A stretch of 64,000 nucleotides of DNA from Cyanophora paradoxa CCMP329. Its lineage: Eukaryota > Plantae > Glaucophyta. The notes under the pieces are model-generated. The model was not told the origin of the DNA, searched no databases, and saw nothing but the letters and a program-made list of their open reading frames with translations. The stretch lies in NCBI GenBank assembly GCA_004431415.1, contig QPMI01000089.1, positions 337,223 to 401,222 on the forward strand, given 5' to 3'. How positions within the stretch are numbered: position 1 is the first letter of the stretch; every line of letters begins with the position of its first letter. A program made the translations under genes and the position numbers. Below are positions 36,740 to 48,500 of the stretch, one piece after another.

Positions 36740-39700
36740 ACAAGCAGGGGGGCTCCGCCCCCCCGCACCCCCCCAGTGTTATTTAGGAATCTTTGATTTC
36801 TTGTTGTCTATTCTTCTTCGTCTACGTACTACGGTACTACTACTTCTACTTATTAATTGAACGAAGAATGAGAATGAAGTACTAAAGTTGTGAAGACAGA
36901 ACAGAAGAAGCTGAAGCACTGAACATAAAGAACAGAACAGATCTGAGTGCATGAAAGATGTAGAAATTAAACACTGATCATGTAATCTAGAAACAATGCA
37001 CGAGATGCAATGTAGTCCAAAGCTAGGCTTCATCATTTATGGTTTGTCATGAAACATAATGCTTTGCAATTGGTGTTTAATTCTTGGCTGGCAAAGAAAT
37101 TAAAGGGCGATTTGATATTCTTAGCTATAGCTTTGGCCAGGAAGATGAAAAGAAGAGCTAAAGCACTGAACAATTGCAAGAAGTTTGAAATTGCACACAT
37201 GAATCTCTTGTGGTTCAATCGTATTACAAAGAACGAAAATGAAGCTGAAGCACTGAAGAAGAGAGCATTTCAGAACAGATCCAGAAACAATGAAGTGATC
37301 ACAAAAACAATACAAAAGAAGCACATGCAATGTATTTCAGGTTTGATCATTTATGTTCTAGATCTGTCATCAAACATCGAGTTTTGGTGTTAAATACTGG
37401 CCATGGCTGGCAAAGCAAGGGCAATTCTTAGCAAGAAAGTGGGCAATAAGCTTGAATGTTAACATTTATTGCAGCAGTGATATACTGTCCAAGTCCCTGT
37501 AGCTTTGTACCCCTGTACCTCAGTCTGCCTGTACCCCCAATACACCACCTTGCCAGCTATATATATAGCTATCTAGCCTGGCAATACATTGCAGCACTGA
37601 TCATGAAAAATTGCAAGAAGCTTAAGAATTGAACACTTCAATTGACAACTTGGCAAAAACAACCTGGCAAGGTTGTAGAAGAATTGATCATGAACAAGTC
37701 AATCATTGATCATTTCATTTCATGCATGTAACACGCAACAATATTTTATGCATGCAATGATGCCATGATGAATAATGCATGCATCATATTATTGGTCTTG
37801 TTGGCCCGCTCCGCTGTGCTGTGGCTGCCCAGCTGTGCTCCCAGCCCGTGCGCTACACGCGAGATTGCCCCGAGGGGTGGTGGGGCTGTATTGGGAGCCG
37901 TGGTGCGGTCCCGGAGGGTACAGCAAGACTACTGACTGGGGTACATGGTACGAGTGGCTCGACTCAGTGGGAAACCAGGCTGGCAACATCTCCCTCACTG
38001 GTAAGACCACGTCCACGTGGTCCACATCGGAACGGCAACGACTACGCCCGCGTGGTCGGGGCCGGGACGGAAGCCGCCTAGGCCTGGCAGTGAACCAAGG
38101 GCCAGAAGGGGTACAACTCTCAAAGGCCGTCCGGTATCGAGGGGTTCGCCGAGGGAACGAGGGGTACAGGGATCTCCCTCACTGGTAAGGTGAAAGCTAC
38201 CGAGGGGGGATCTCCCTCACTGGTAAGGATGAAGCCACTACGGAACTGCACGAGAAAGGACAGGGATGAGAAAGAACCCGCTATCCAGGGCAGCAGCGAG
38301 GCGCGAGGTCTGAAGAGGCCAAGCCACTGATGGGACCCTGGGGGCCATACAGAGAGGCACCGGCACTTGCATCCCACAGCAAGAGACCAGGCAGAAAACC
38401 ACCACCCGACGGGAAAGGAAATGGGAAGACTCAAAAGAGGAATGGAGAACGGCAAAGGATGCAAGGGGGCAGGGCCCGGGGGACATCGACGTCGGGTTAC
38501 AGCACGTCAGCGACGGGGAGGGGCGGCTCGGGCAATCACGGCCATCGTAAAGACGGGTGTGACGCGCGGCACGCAAGGTAAGTCTGGTCATCTTGAAGCC
38601 TCGATTGCGAGCGGCCGCATCTGAGCAAGACAGCAAGAGGGATCGGTCAGAGCCATCCTTCCGCAGGGGCCATCACTCAGGCGGGAGGCTAGCAGCTCGG
38701 GACCGGCGAGGCAACTCTCTTCGGGGCTCCAACGGGCCATGGCAGGCTATGCGACTCATCGGATACATCATCCGGGATTGGAAGGGGCAACGCCGCATCG
38801 GATACATCATCCGTGGGCCATCGGGCAGCGATAAGGGTCACGACTGAACGGCGCGGGGGCCGGACTCCCAGTCGGTTGCGACAGACTCTCAGTCGGAAGC
38901 AAGATAGACTCTCAAAGCTCATAGACTCTCAAGGCGACTGGCATGGGTAGCCGAGTCGCGGGACACGCATAGATGGTTCCCTTCTAAGAGCAACTCTCGG
39001 GGGGCGAGCTGCTAATGCGACGGAAAGAACGAGAGAGAGCGTATCTTCAGCGTGAAGATGTAGCTTGGTCGCCGCCTCCAGTCCGTACGCGCAGGTCCGG
39101 GCGATCGCGGCCAAGTGCGCGCCGGTCTGGTTGGGCGGACTCCCGGGACGCGCAGCACTCGCAGACAGCGCTCGCCTTTGGCGCCCTTGCTCACGCGCGC
39201 GGAGCGCGGCGTGCTGGGTCGCTGAGGTACGCAAGCCGAGGCTCATGCCGGAATCACCCGGCCTCCGATGCGCAATGGCGCTGATCGACGTGGAAAGAAC
39301 ACCAGCTCTCGATCAGGCCGCACGGATTACGCTGGAATCACCCAGCTGCCAAGGCTGCTGCAGGCGGCACGGGAATCACCCGACGGTCCGACGCGGTCCA
39401 GAGCGCGAGGGCGAGGGCCGGTCGCGGGGCATCACCCGGTGCTGCTGCTGACGAGCACATCGCTGCGGTCGCGGTTGGGATCGCCGTCTTCTTCTCCTCC
39501 CTCCGCTTTTGAAGATTCGGCCTCCGTGCCGATCGTCCCCCTCCTTCTCGTAGTCCAGCGATCGCGCGCACTCTCCACCATGTAGAATCCACGGACTCTC
39601 CACCGGCGCATCGACGTCCGCAGCGTCCGTCGACGGGGCCAGCGGCTGTCGCGGCGAGGGTATTATTGGTCTTGTTGGCCCGCTCCGCTGTGCTGTGGCT

Positions 39701-40720
39701 GCCCAGCTGTGCTCCCAGCCCGTGCGCTACACGCGAGATTGCCCCGAGGGGTGGTGGGGCTGTATTGGGAGCCGTGGTGCGGTCCCGGAGGGTACAGCAA
39801 GACTACTGACTGGGGTACATGGTACGAGTGGCTCGACTCAGTGGGAAACCAGGCTGGCAACAATCATGATCAATATAAAGATCTAGATATCGATGCCACT
39901 GCAGCTGGGCCATCTAGAAGAGAATGTTGTTTGTTTTGTTAAACAAAAAATGCAAGTACAATCTCTTCAATTTCAATTTGGCAAGTTTCTGTTTTGTTTG
40001 TTGTGAATGTGTGAACGTTGTGCTAGTGTTGTGTTTTTATTTTTTTGTCTTGTGTTGTTGTTTGTACATTGCCAAAGTTGTGGAACATATGCTTTTCTTT
40101 TTGTTGTACCGTAGTACATGCCAAGATGTTTAATGTATTATTTATTGTTTGCCAAGAATCAAACCGGTTCTGAATCGGCACTGAGCAGTCAAGTGCACCA
40201 CAGCACTTCAGGAAGAAAAAAGGAAAAAAGGGACTTTCCATTGACAGAACTGCCGGATACCCAATTTCAGCCACCAAACTCCACTCTGTGGCAGATCTTC
40301 CCACTTCATACTTCCAAGCTCACTGGCATAAGCAGCGGCTGCCGCTACTTTTTTTAAGAAGTCACAGAGTCATACATCACTCAGTGACTTTTGCTTCTCA
40401 TGTGGAGCCTAGGCCTGTCTCAGTGACCACAGTGAGTCAAGGCAGCACTGGCAGCCTTCAAGTGCATATCAAATTGAGTATACCAATGAGAGCGACAACT
40501 CAACCACTGGCCTGCGATTCACAAGTTCCCCACTTACCAAACATGCTGGCACGACTGTTGGTAGCCCAGGCTGGACCACCCATGGAGTGCACTCCACTCA
40601 GTGAGTTTGACTGTTCGCACCGTAGACAATGCTGGCAGTTTGAGTCTGCCGTAGTACTAAACGGAATTTTCTTCCAGGGGGAACATGGGTTAATCTACTA
40701 TGTAGCAAGGGGGGGATGCG
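36740..40720. mobile_element. AT-rich, CpG-depleted degenerate transposon-like block (possible Helitron-type end at left), interrupted by an LTR element
   Basis: Abrupt drop in GC and CpG at 36780-37786 and 39863-40700. G6-CTCCG-C7 hairpin at 36747-36764 followed on the - strand by CTTG|T. No recognisable transposase. Confidence 0.4.
37787..39862 (-). mobile_element. Non-autonomous LTR retroelement (TRIM/LARD-like), 2076 bp, with identical 202-bp LTRs and a 4-bp TSD ATCA
   Basis: LTRs at 37787-37988 and 39661-39862 appear identical by eye. ATCA flanks both ends (37783-37786 and 39863-39866). On the - strand the LTR reads TGTTG...AATA and a polypurine tract AGTGAGGGAGA abuts the 3' LTR. No RT or integrase motifs inside. 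Confidence 0.9.
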
Positions 40721-41593
40721 GAGGAAGATCTAGAGGGCCGCCGGGCCAGCTGCAGCCAGTTTGAGGCGCGCTCGAGAGCTCGCTCGATTTCGGAGGGCAG
40801 CTAGCCTAGTAGTAGGCTGGCAGCTTGCCGCCTTGTCTGCCTGCTGGAGCTCATCTTTCGCGACTCTAGATCTCAGAGACACACACTGAGTCTCGGCGCG
40901 GCGAGCCGCGAAAATTCGCCTGCGCGACCTCCGAGGCTCGTCACGGCGTCCAGCACTGCGGCAGCTCAGCGCCGCGGCTGTGACCGTCGGACACAGTACT
41001 AGTCATGATCAGGATTCTGCAACCGTTTGAACCCACCGTGGCACACGCGCGACCATATATTTTTGACTCTTCCACAGATCAAGATGAACGAGTGATAGTT
41101 TTCATCAGATCACACTGTTCGAACCTCCAAACATGATCATCAACGTTGACTGCAGCTAGGCTAGCCAGGAATTCGAAGCGCCTAAGCAATAGCTAGCTAT
41201 AGCTCTGAGGCTCTGATCGATGAGCAAGCAAAAAAAGCATTTTGCATGCTACCTAGCCGAAAAGAGGTTGGGAAAAGGGGCGGGGAAAGAGGGTGGGGTG
41301 GGGGTGGGGGAACTGGTGGGAGGGGAGGGGGGAGGGGGGGGGGGGGGGGGCGCAAATCTTGGATGGGGAGGGGAATTGGAGGCCAGGTGGGCTCTGGCTA
41401 GTCATCGCTTGCGGGGTGAAGGGGAAGGGCGGGGAGGGGGGAGGGGGGGGGTTGGAGAAGCTCGAGGGGGAAGGGGCGGGGAGGGAAGGGGGGAGGGAGG
41501 GGGGGGGTTGGGGACGGGGTGACCGATACGTAGATCTAGACTGAGGAACGACTGAGGCGTGCGATTGCAAGCTCACGCGCGCATACCGCTGCA

Positions 41594-44063
41594 TCATTGC
41601 ATCACGACGCGGGCTGACGGGAGGGCCCGACTCGCAGCCTCTCGCGCGGCGTCCATGCCCTCGCCCTCGCCCTCGCCCTCGCCCTCGACGCAAAGGCGGA
41701 CCTGCGGCGCGGGCGCCCCAGCCTTAGGTCCGCCTTTGCGGCGAGGGCGAGGGCACGCCAAGGGCGCGGCGCGCCAAGGGCGGACGCAGATCCGGACCTC
41801 AATATCCCCCGTGGAGCAGCCGGCGAAGGCAGAGAGGGCGACCAGCCGCTCACAGCTCACTCTGCCGGACTCGTCGGCCGCCTCTGCGCTCAAGTCCACG
41901 AACAGGACGAGGCGGCGGGGCGGGGCGCCCGCCAGCGCCGCGGCGACCTCCGCGGGGCGGCCCGGCGCGAGCTCCGCGTCCAGCTCGAGCGAGAGGCGCC
42001 CCCGGCCCGCGCGGGCCAGCCGCGCCAGCGCCGGCAGCGCCTCCGGATCCGCTGTCAGCTTCGCATCTGTATGTTGCACATTCTAGTAAGCGATGAAGGG
42101 GTGGGTGGGCCAGGGGGCGAGGGGATCGGACGCACCGATGCTGAGCTCGAGCTCAGTCAGCGACGAGGAGCGCGCGAGGGCGGCGGCGAGGCCGCGAATG
42201 CGGGCGGCGAGGGCTCTGTCCTCGTACAAGTCCAGATGTCCTATACTCTTGAGCGCCGGGAGGGACCCCAGCGCCGCAAAGTCTTCTTCGGCCGCGTCTG
42301 AAAAGATCTGCGGGGCTGTCAGACTCTGAGAGCGGGTGGGGATGGGACGGGGCTAGTCGGGCCGGGCGAACCGCGAAGGGGCCTCGCAGGCGCTCGAGGG
42401 CGGTGAACCGCCCGAGGGCGCGCAGGGCGCCCGGGGGCAGCCCCGCCGATCGCGCACACCACTCCAGCACGAGCCTGGGCCCGGCCCGGCCCCGCCCGCA
42501 CGATCAAAAAGCAATCCAATCCAAGGCCACGCCGCGGGGGGGGGGGGGGGGGGGGCGGGTGCGCACTCCTTGAGGGAGGGAGCCGCGTTACTTGAGGCGA
42601 GGGCCTCGATCAGGGGCCCAGAGCGGCCGCAGCCCTCCGTCTCCACCGCTTTGAAGAACTCGAGCGCGGGGAAGACGCCCCCGGCCTCGCCTATGTCGGC
42701 CTTCCAACCGTCGTGCTCCACCTCCAGCTGCGGCCCGCGGGCGGGCGGCTGCGGACCCGCTTGAGGTTCGGGAGGCTCCGGGCGAGGGCTTCGGAGTCCA
42801 ACCGGCCGGGGTAGCAGCAGAGGATTTTGCAGGCGAGGCTGGAGAGGTTCGGGAAGACCAAGGGCCGCAGCGCGGGGTCCAAGCCGAGGTCGACGCGAGC
42901 GCAGTCGGGATCGCCGGACAATGCGCCCCGCAGGGCGAGGCTGCGGAGCGAGGGACAGACGACGGCGCCCGGCGGCGCGAGGGCATGGAGGATGCCCGCA
43001 AGGCAAGTGTCCGGGCCGTACGAGCAGTCCACGTCGACCTCGCCCAGGCCGCCTGCGTCGGCGCTGCCCGCCGCGCCGGCCGCGGCGGAGAACGCCGTGA
43101 GGAGGAAGAGAGTGGAACGCCACGCTTCGCTGCGATAATCCTCCGTGGCGGGCGTGACCTCGAGGCTCAGCGATGCGCCGGGGGCGACGCGGATCCACGG
43201 CCCGCCGGCGCGGGAGTCGCCGGCCGCGGCCGGACCACGGCCCAGATCTAGAGCCAAGGACAGCCAGATCAGACTTGCGCGCCTAGCTGCGTCCAGCTGA
43301 CTCCAGTCCAGGCCTTGAGCGCCGATCAAGAAGCCCGCCAGCCGGTCCGCGCGCTCCGGGGACAGCTCGATGTCCAACCGGTGCCAGAGGATCGCCTCGG
43401 CCTCGACGCGCCAGCGGCGGCAGACAGCACGTGCGACAGCAGCGGCCTGCAGGTCCAGGCACTTGAAAATGTACGTGAGAATGTCATCCGGCAGCTGCTG
43501 GATCGATGGCTGCGATGCGGCTGGCTGCTGGATCGATGCGGGTGCCGCTGCATCTTCGCCATCCCCCGCTGCAGCACCTGCATCTCGCTCCGCTATGGTC
43601 TCCGTGTCCGAATGCGCGCTGGCACTGGCCTCTACATCTGTTCTAGATCTCCGGCGCTTGCGAGTGGCGCTGCCTCCTGAGGACGACGCCGCGGGGGCTG
43701 CGCCTGCAGCTGTGTGAGCAAGCGTTTTCTCACCGCTTCTCTGCGCACACTCCCTGAGTGGCGAGACATCTGCGCGTACAGTTCAGCAATCTTGCCCGCG
43801 CTGTCGCCTCGCAACTCTTCGCGAACCTTCAGGCATCGAAAAGTTGCACTTTATTCCGTGCGCTGGCCCGGGGGACCAGGAGACAGCGGGCTCGAGCAGC
43901 GACCGAACGGCGAACGTAGCGCTGGGGGTACGTAGCACCCGCGGCGCCCGGGGCAGTAGCTCTGGGGTCGCTGCGCAGTCGCTGCGCGGCTGGGAGCTGG
44001 CCTCGCGGTCAATTCTTGTCGGCTGCGCCGGGGTCGCAGGAGGCCTAGGCGCAGCGACGCCAT
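41594..44063 (-). CDS. F-box protein with an NLS-like basic patch and C-terminal LRR-like region
   Basis: SIQQLPDDILTYIFKCLDLQAAAVARAVCRRWRVEAEAILWHRL (~43375-43505) preceded by TRKRRRSR. Leucine-rich segments CPSLRSLAL, FPNLSSLAC, LPNLKRV and FPALEFF follow. Confidence 0.8.
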
Positions 44064-44474
44064 GCAGCTGCAGAATTCGAACTATTACATTAATTAATAT
44101 TATGTCGGCGAATGGTGTACCGCGGGAAGCCGCGCGCGCGCGCGCCGGCGCCCTCCGCGGCCGCCGGCGCGCGCGCGCCGCCTCCGCTCCGGTGCCGGCG
44201 CCGGGCGCCGCGCGCGCTGCAGCTAGCGCTGTACATGTCGACGTCGTCGCCCCCGCGCGCGCGCAGGCTAGCGCTGGGCTCCCGGCCCTCCAGGCTCCTT
44301 CCTCAGCATGGACTTCACTGAGTACTACGTACTAGTCCACGTCATGATCAAGGCCTAGGCTTCGGAAATTAAAGCTTAAGCCTAAGCCCCCGCGGCCCGC
44401 GGCCGGCTTCACCCCAGGCTGATCATCGGATACGGTACGGTACACGCATTCGATTGGGCCGACCATAGCTAGTA

Positions 44475-45507
44475 CTACACGAGGGAGGGCCTCTCCTCCC
44501 GCTTGAGGAAGGGCGAGAGCGTCCGCAGCGTCGCGTGCACGAACGACACTGCAGCAACCTTAATTATAAGCTTATAATTAAGCTCAGGCTTCCAGCGGCT
44601 TCAGATAGGACGCACGCGTGCCACCGAAGAGTATGCACCAGACGGCCGTCTCGAGGAAGGACGTGAGCGCGAGGATGAAGGCCGTCGCTGCCGGCCACAA
44701 AGAATAAAGAGAAGAGCGGAGCGAGCGAGCTCGAGGCGGGCGGGAAGGGCAGGGCTCGCGACCCCCGGCAGGCGCACCGGTGATGAAGATTCCGTACTTG
44801 TGCTGGATCGTGAGCTCCTGCCCCCCGATGACGAGCGTCTCGTCCTTGATGCGCAAGAAGTACCCCCAGCCTGCAGCAATTCGAAGCTTTAGCGCTAGGC
44901 AGGGAAGGTTTGGCGGAATTGCGGACCGATACCGATGCAGATGAACGCGAGGAGGAAGAGGGGCCGCGTGAGGCTGGGCGCGGCGGCGACCGAGCGCGGT
45001 GGCGTCGACGCGTCAGCAGGATCCCGGGTCCGGACCGGAATTCGAAGGACCGGACCCAGGGAGCGAGGTACGCGAAAACACTCACACGGTCCAGGCGAAG
45101 CTCGCCAGGATGACGATGAGGTAGTTGCTCTTGAAGTAGCGAGCGTTGGCCGTGACCCGCTGCACCCATTCGGACGAAGCAGGGGTGCTGACCGGGCCGA
45201 AGAACTCACCCCTGCCGCAGCATTCCGTCAGTGGAATTTATTTGAAATAGCCACCAAGGCTTCAGAAAAGGCGACAGGAAACGGCCGCGAGGCAGCTTGC
45301 GGCCCCCGGCCCGCGCGGCGACAAAACGCGCGCTCGGCGCGAAATTCCGGCGGCGGCGCACCATGGCTTAACCCGAGAGATGGCCCGCTGCAGAGAGAGC
45401 TGCAGGCCCTGGGCGCTCAGCGCTGGCGGGCCGGCGTGCATTTTCGGTTCGTCTGCAACCGCCGCTGCCGCCGCCGCGGGCGATGCTCTCGCAGGGCTTG
45501 GTTGCAT
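44475..45507 (-). CDS. PRA1 (prenylated Rab acceptor 1) family protein
   Basis: RVKPW|GEFFGPVSTPASSEWVQRVTANARYFKSNYLIVIL, LTRPLFLL, LVIGGQEL and VHATLR, with a stop at 44475-44477. Confidence 0.88.
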
Positions 45508-45596
45508 CTCTCTGATGGCCGCGGGCGGGGTTTTCTCGCTCAAACGTTGCTACTCGGGGGGTACCGCAGTCGCTCGTGCTGGCTCTGCCGGCGCCG
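45508..45596. promoter_or_regulatory. Putative bidirectional promoter (89 bp ATG to ATG) between PRA1 and the RING-kinase-jacalin gene
   Basis: Divergent ATGs at 45507 (-) and 45597 (+). No motif identified. Confidence 0.55.
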
Positions 45597-48500
45597 ATGG
45601 CCAACAACAACTTGAAAAGCCCATCCCTGAAGGGCCGCCTGTCGGCTGGAGGCGGCTCGGGTGCAGCCGACGATCTCGATGACCCGTTCGCGTGCGTGGC
45701 CCCCAACGTCCGCCGCGCTCCCCTGACTGACACCGCGCAGCTGCGCCATCTGGTGAGCGGGTGTTTTTGGCGCTAAAGCAGCGAATGGCATCGCTAGAGC
45801 CCGCGCGCTCCGCCGGTGGGCGCGTCCGTTGCGCGCCCTGCGCGCTGACGTGCCGCTGCGCCGCAGCTTGGACCGGCTACGTTCGCCGACCACGCTGCCG
45901 TGTCAACACGTGCGCAAGCCCGGGAATGACGCGCCTGGCGCCTCCCCGGGGCGGCGCCGCAACTCTCCTGGCCCACTGACCGACCGCGCGGCGCGTCCGC
46001 AGAGCTTCTGCGCGTCGTGCATCTCGGGATGGCCGGGCGTCTGCCCGCTATGCCGCGGGGAAATTCCACCGCAGCGTCCGCTCCCGACCAACGTGCTGCT
46101 CGAGAATCTCATCGGCACGCTGCGGCGGCTCGAGGAGGAGGGCGCGGGCGGCGGCGCCTCCCTCGACTCGATCTCCTTCGACGCGGCGAACTGCTCCCGC
46201 AAGCTCGGCGACGGGCCCCTCGCCGGTGCGCAGAGGAGCCGCTCCCGCCGCCGCCGCCGCTCCCGCCGCAGCCGCCGACGACGAGGGCCGCGCCGCGCCG
46301 CGTACCCCGCGCAGAGGTCTTCGCGTACAAATGGAACGACACGGAGATCGCCTGCAAGCGCTTCACGCGGCTCAGCGCGAGCGCCGAGCAGCGGGACGCA
46401 TTCCGGCGGGAGACCCGCGCCCTCGCGCGCCTCCGCCACCCGCACGTCGCCTCGTACCTCGCCGCCTCTCTGGACGTACCCCTGGCGCTCTACACGGACC
46501 TGGCGGCCCAGGGAACGCTCTGGCAGCGCCTAAGGGAGGCCGAGGAGGCGGGGCGGGGGCCCGTACCCCCCGCCGAGGCCCTCTCGATCGCCCTCGACGT
46601 AGCCCGCGGCATGCGCTACCTCCACACCTGGTACCCCCCTCCCGTCCCTTCCTCCCCCCTCCGACCCCGCCTGAAGGCTCCGGGGGGTAGCCGACAGCTG
46701 CACGGCAACCTCCGCTCCTCCAACGTCCTGGTGCGCGGTACCCCCCCCCCCTTCTGGATCATGCCCCAGCTGAGCCCCCCCCTCCTCCTCATGCAGCTCG
46801 AGCACTCCATGCGCGCCCGCGTCGCAGACTTCGTTCGCACCCCCCTCACGCCGCTGTACCCCTCGCCACGCCCCCGACGTACCCCCGCAGGGCCTCTTCC
46901 CCTTCGTTCGCCTCCCGGCGCCCTCCGCGACCGGCTCCTCCTCCTCCTCCTCCTCCTCCTCCTCCTCCTCGGCCCCGCGGGCCATGTCCTGGCCCGCCTG
47001 GCGCGCACCCGAAGTCCTCCGGTGAGGCGTACCCCCCTCCCGCTTTCTCCCCCCTCCTTTTGACCACGGGGCCGGCAGGGGTGACCTCTACGTCGACTAC
47101 AAGGCCGACGTCTTCTCCTGTACGCCCTCCCCCCCCGTCTTCGCGCGTACCCCCACCGGCCCCGGATCTAATACGGTACCCCCTCGCGCAGACGGCGTGA
47201 TCCTGTACGAGCTGGTGACGGGCCTGATACCCTTCATCGAGAAGAAGTGGCCCGAATCCGAGGCGAGCGTTCCCCTTCCCGGCCTTCTCTCCAATCTTGT
47301 TCTTCTTCTTATCGTTCTATTTATAGATCACGTACGCGATTTTGCGGGGGGAGCGCCCGGCGCTGCCGGCGCGTGCGGGGCAGCACCCGCTGGCGCCCCT
47401 CGTCGCCCGCTGCTGGGAGCACGAGGCGCGGCGGCGCCCCGAGTTCGGCGAGATCATCCAGGCGAGCTCTGAGCTCTGACTTCATCTTTGCTATTCTTTC
47501 CTAGAAACACTCTCGTTACCTCACCCGTTCTCGTTACCTCACCCGTTCTCGCTTTCGTCGCTACCTTCACCTAGAACGTCTCTGACTACCCCCCTCCTAG
47601 AAATCATCCAGAAATCTCTAGAAATCTCTGACTACCCCCCTCTCCTAGAAATCATCCAGGCTCGCTCGCTCGCTCGCTCGCTCGCGAGCCCTTGCTTATC
47701 TTTGCTGCTACCCTCTCATTACTTTCTCCGTCCTTCTTCGCGCAGGCGCTCCTCTCGCTGTCGGAGAGCGCGTCGGCGGCGGCGATGCGGCGGCTCGGGC
47801 CGCTCGGGGGCGGCGGCGGCGAGGCCTTCGACGACCTCCCCGACCTCGCCAAGGTCCTCTAATTTCCTTACTTATTTACTCTTGTTTCTTGTTTACTTTC
47901 TTCTGAGCGGCGCGCAGGGCGGGCCGGGGGCGGCCTCGGGCCCCCGGCGGCCCCGCCTCACGGGCCTCGTCGTCTGGGCCCGCCCCGACGGCCACCTAGA
48001 GGCCATCCAGGGGGTGTACCCCCGGGGCCCGGGCCCCCGCCACGGGGGCGCCACCCCCGGCGGCAAGCAGCACGCCGTCTCTTTCAAGCCTGGCGAGGCG
48101 AGCGCGAGCGCGCGAGCGCGTACCCCCCACCTTTACTTTGGCTTACTTTCGCCGCAGCGGCTCGTGAGCCTGGAGGTGCTGGCGGACGGGGCGTTCTGGG
48201 ACCAGCGGGTGCAGCTGGTCTGCGGGGTACGCGTCCTCGTCCGGCGGCACGTCGAGCGCGTCGGGCGCGCGGGGGACGCGACGCAGTCGTTCGACGTACC
48301 CTACGGACGGGAGCTGGTCGCGCTGCACGGGGCGGCGGGCGGCGGGCTCGACCGCCTCGGCTTCTGGACGCGCTCGCTGGACGCCCACGGCTTCGCGAAG
48401 CTGGAGGCGGCCGGCGGGGCCGGCGGCGCCGACTTCGATGATTTGCCCGCCCTCGAGCGGCGCGACCAGGAGCGCCTCGCCGGCCTTGCCTTCCGCCTCC

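Noticed and set aside
38000-39650. gag/pol remnants inside the LTR element
   Set aside because: No zinc knuckle, protease, YxDD or integrase motifs in any listed frame.
34520-41520. G-rich tracts at 34520-34780 and 41270-41520 as termini of one large element
   Set aside because: Same-strand low-complexity runs with no specific sequence match or TSD.
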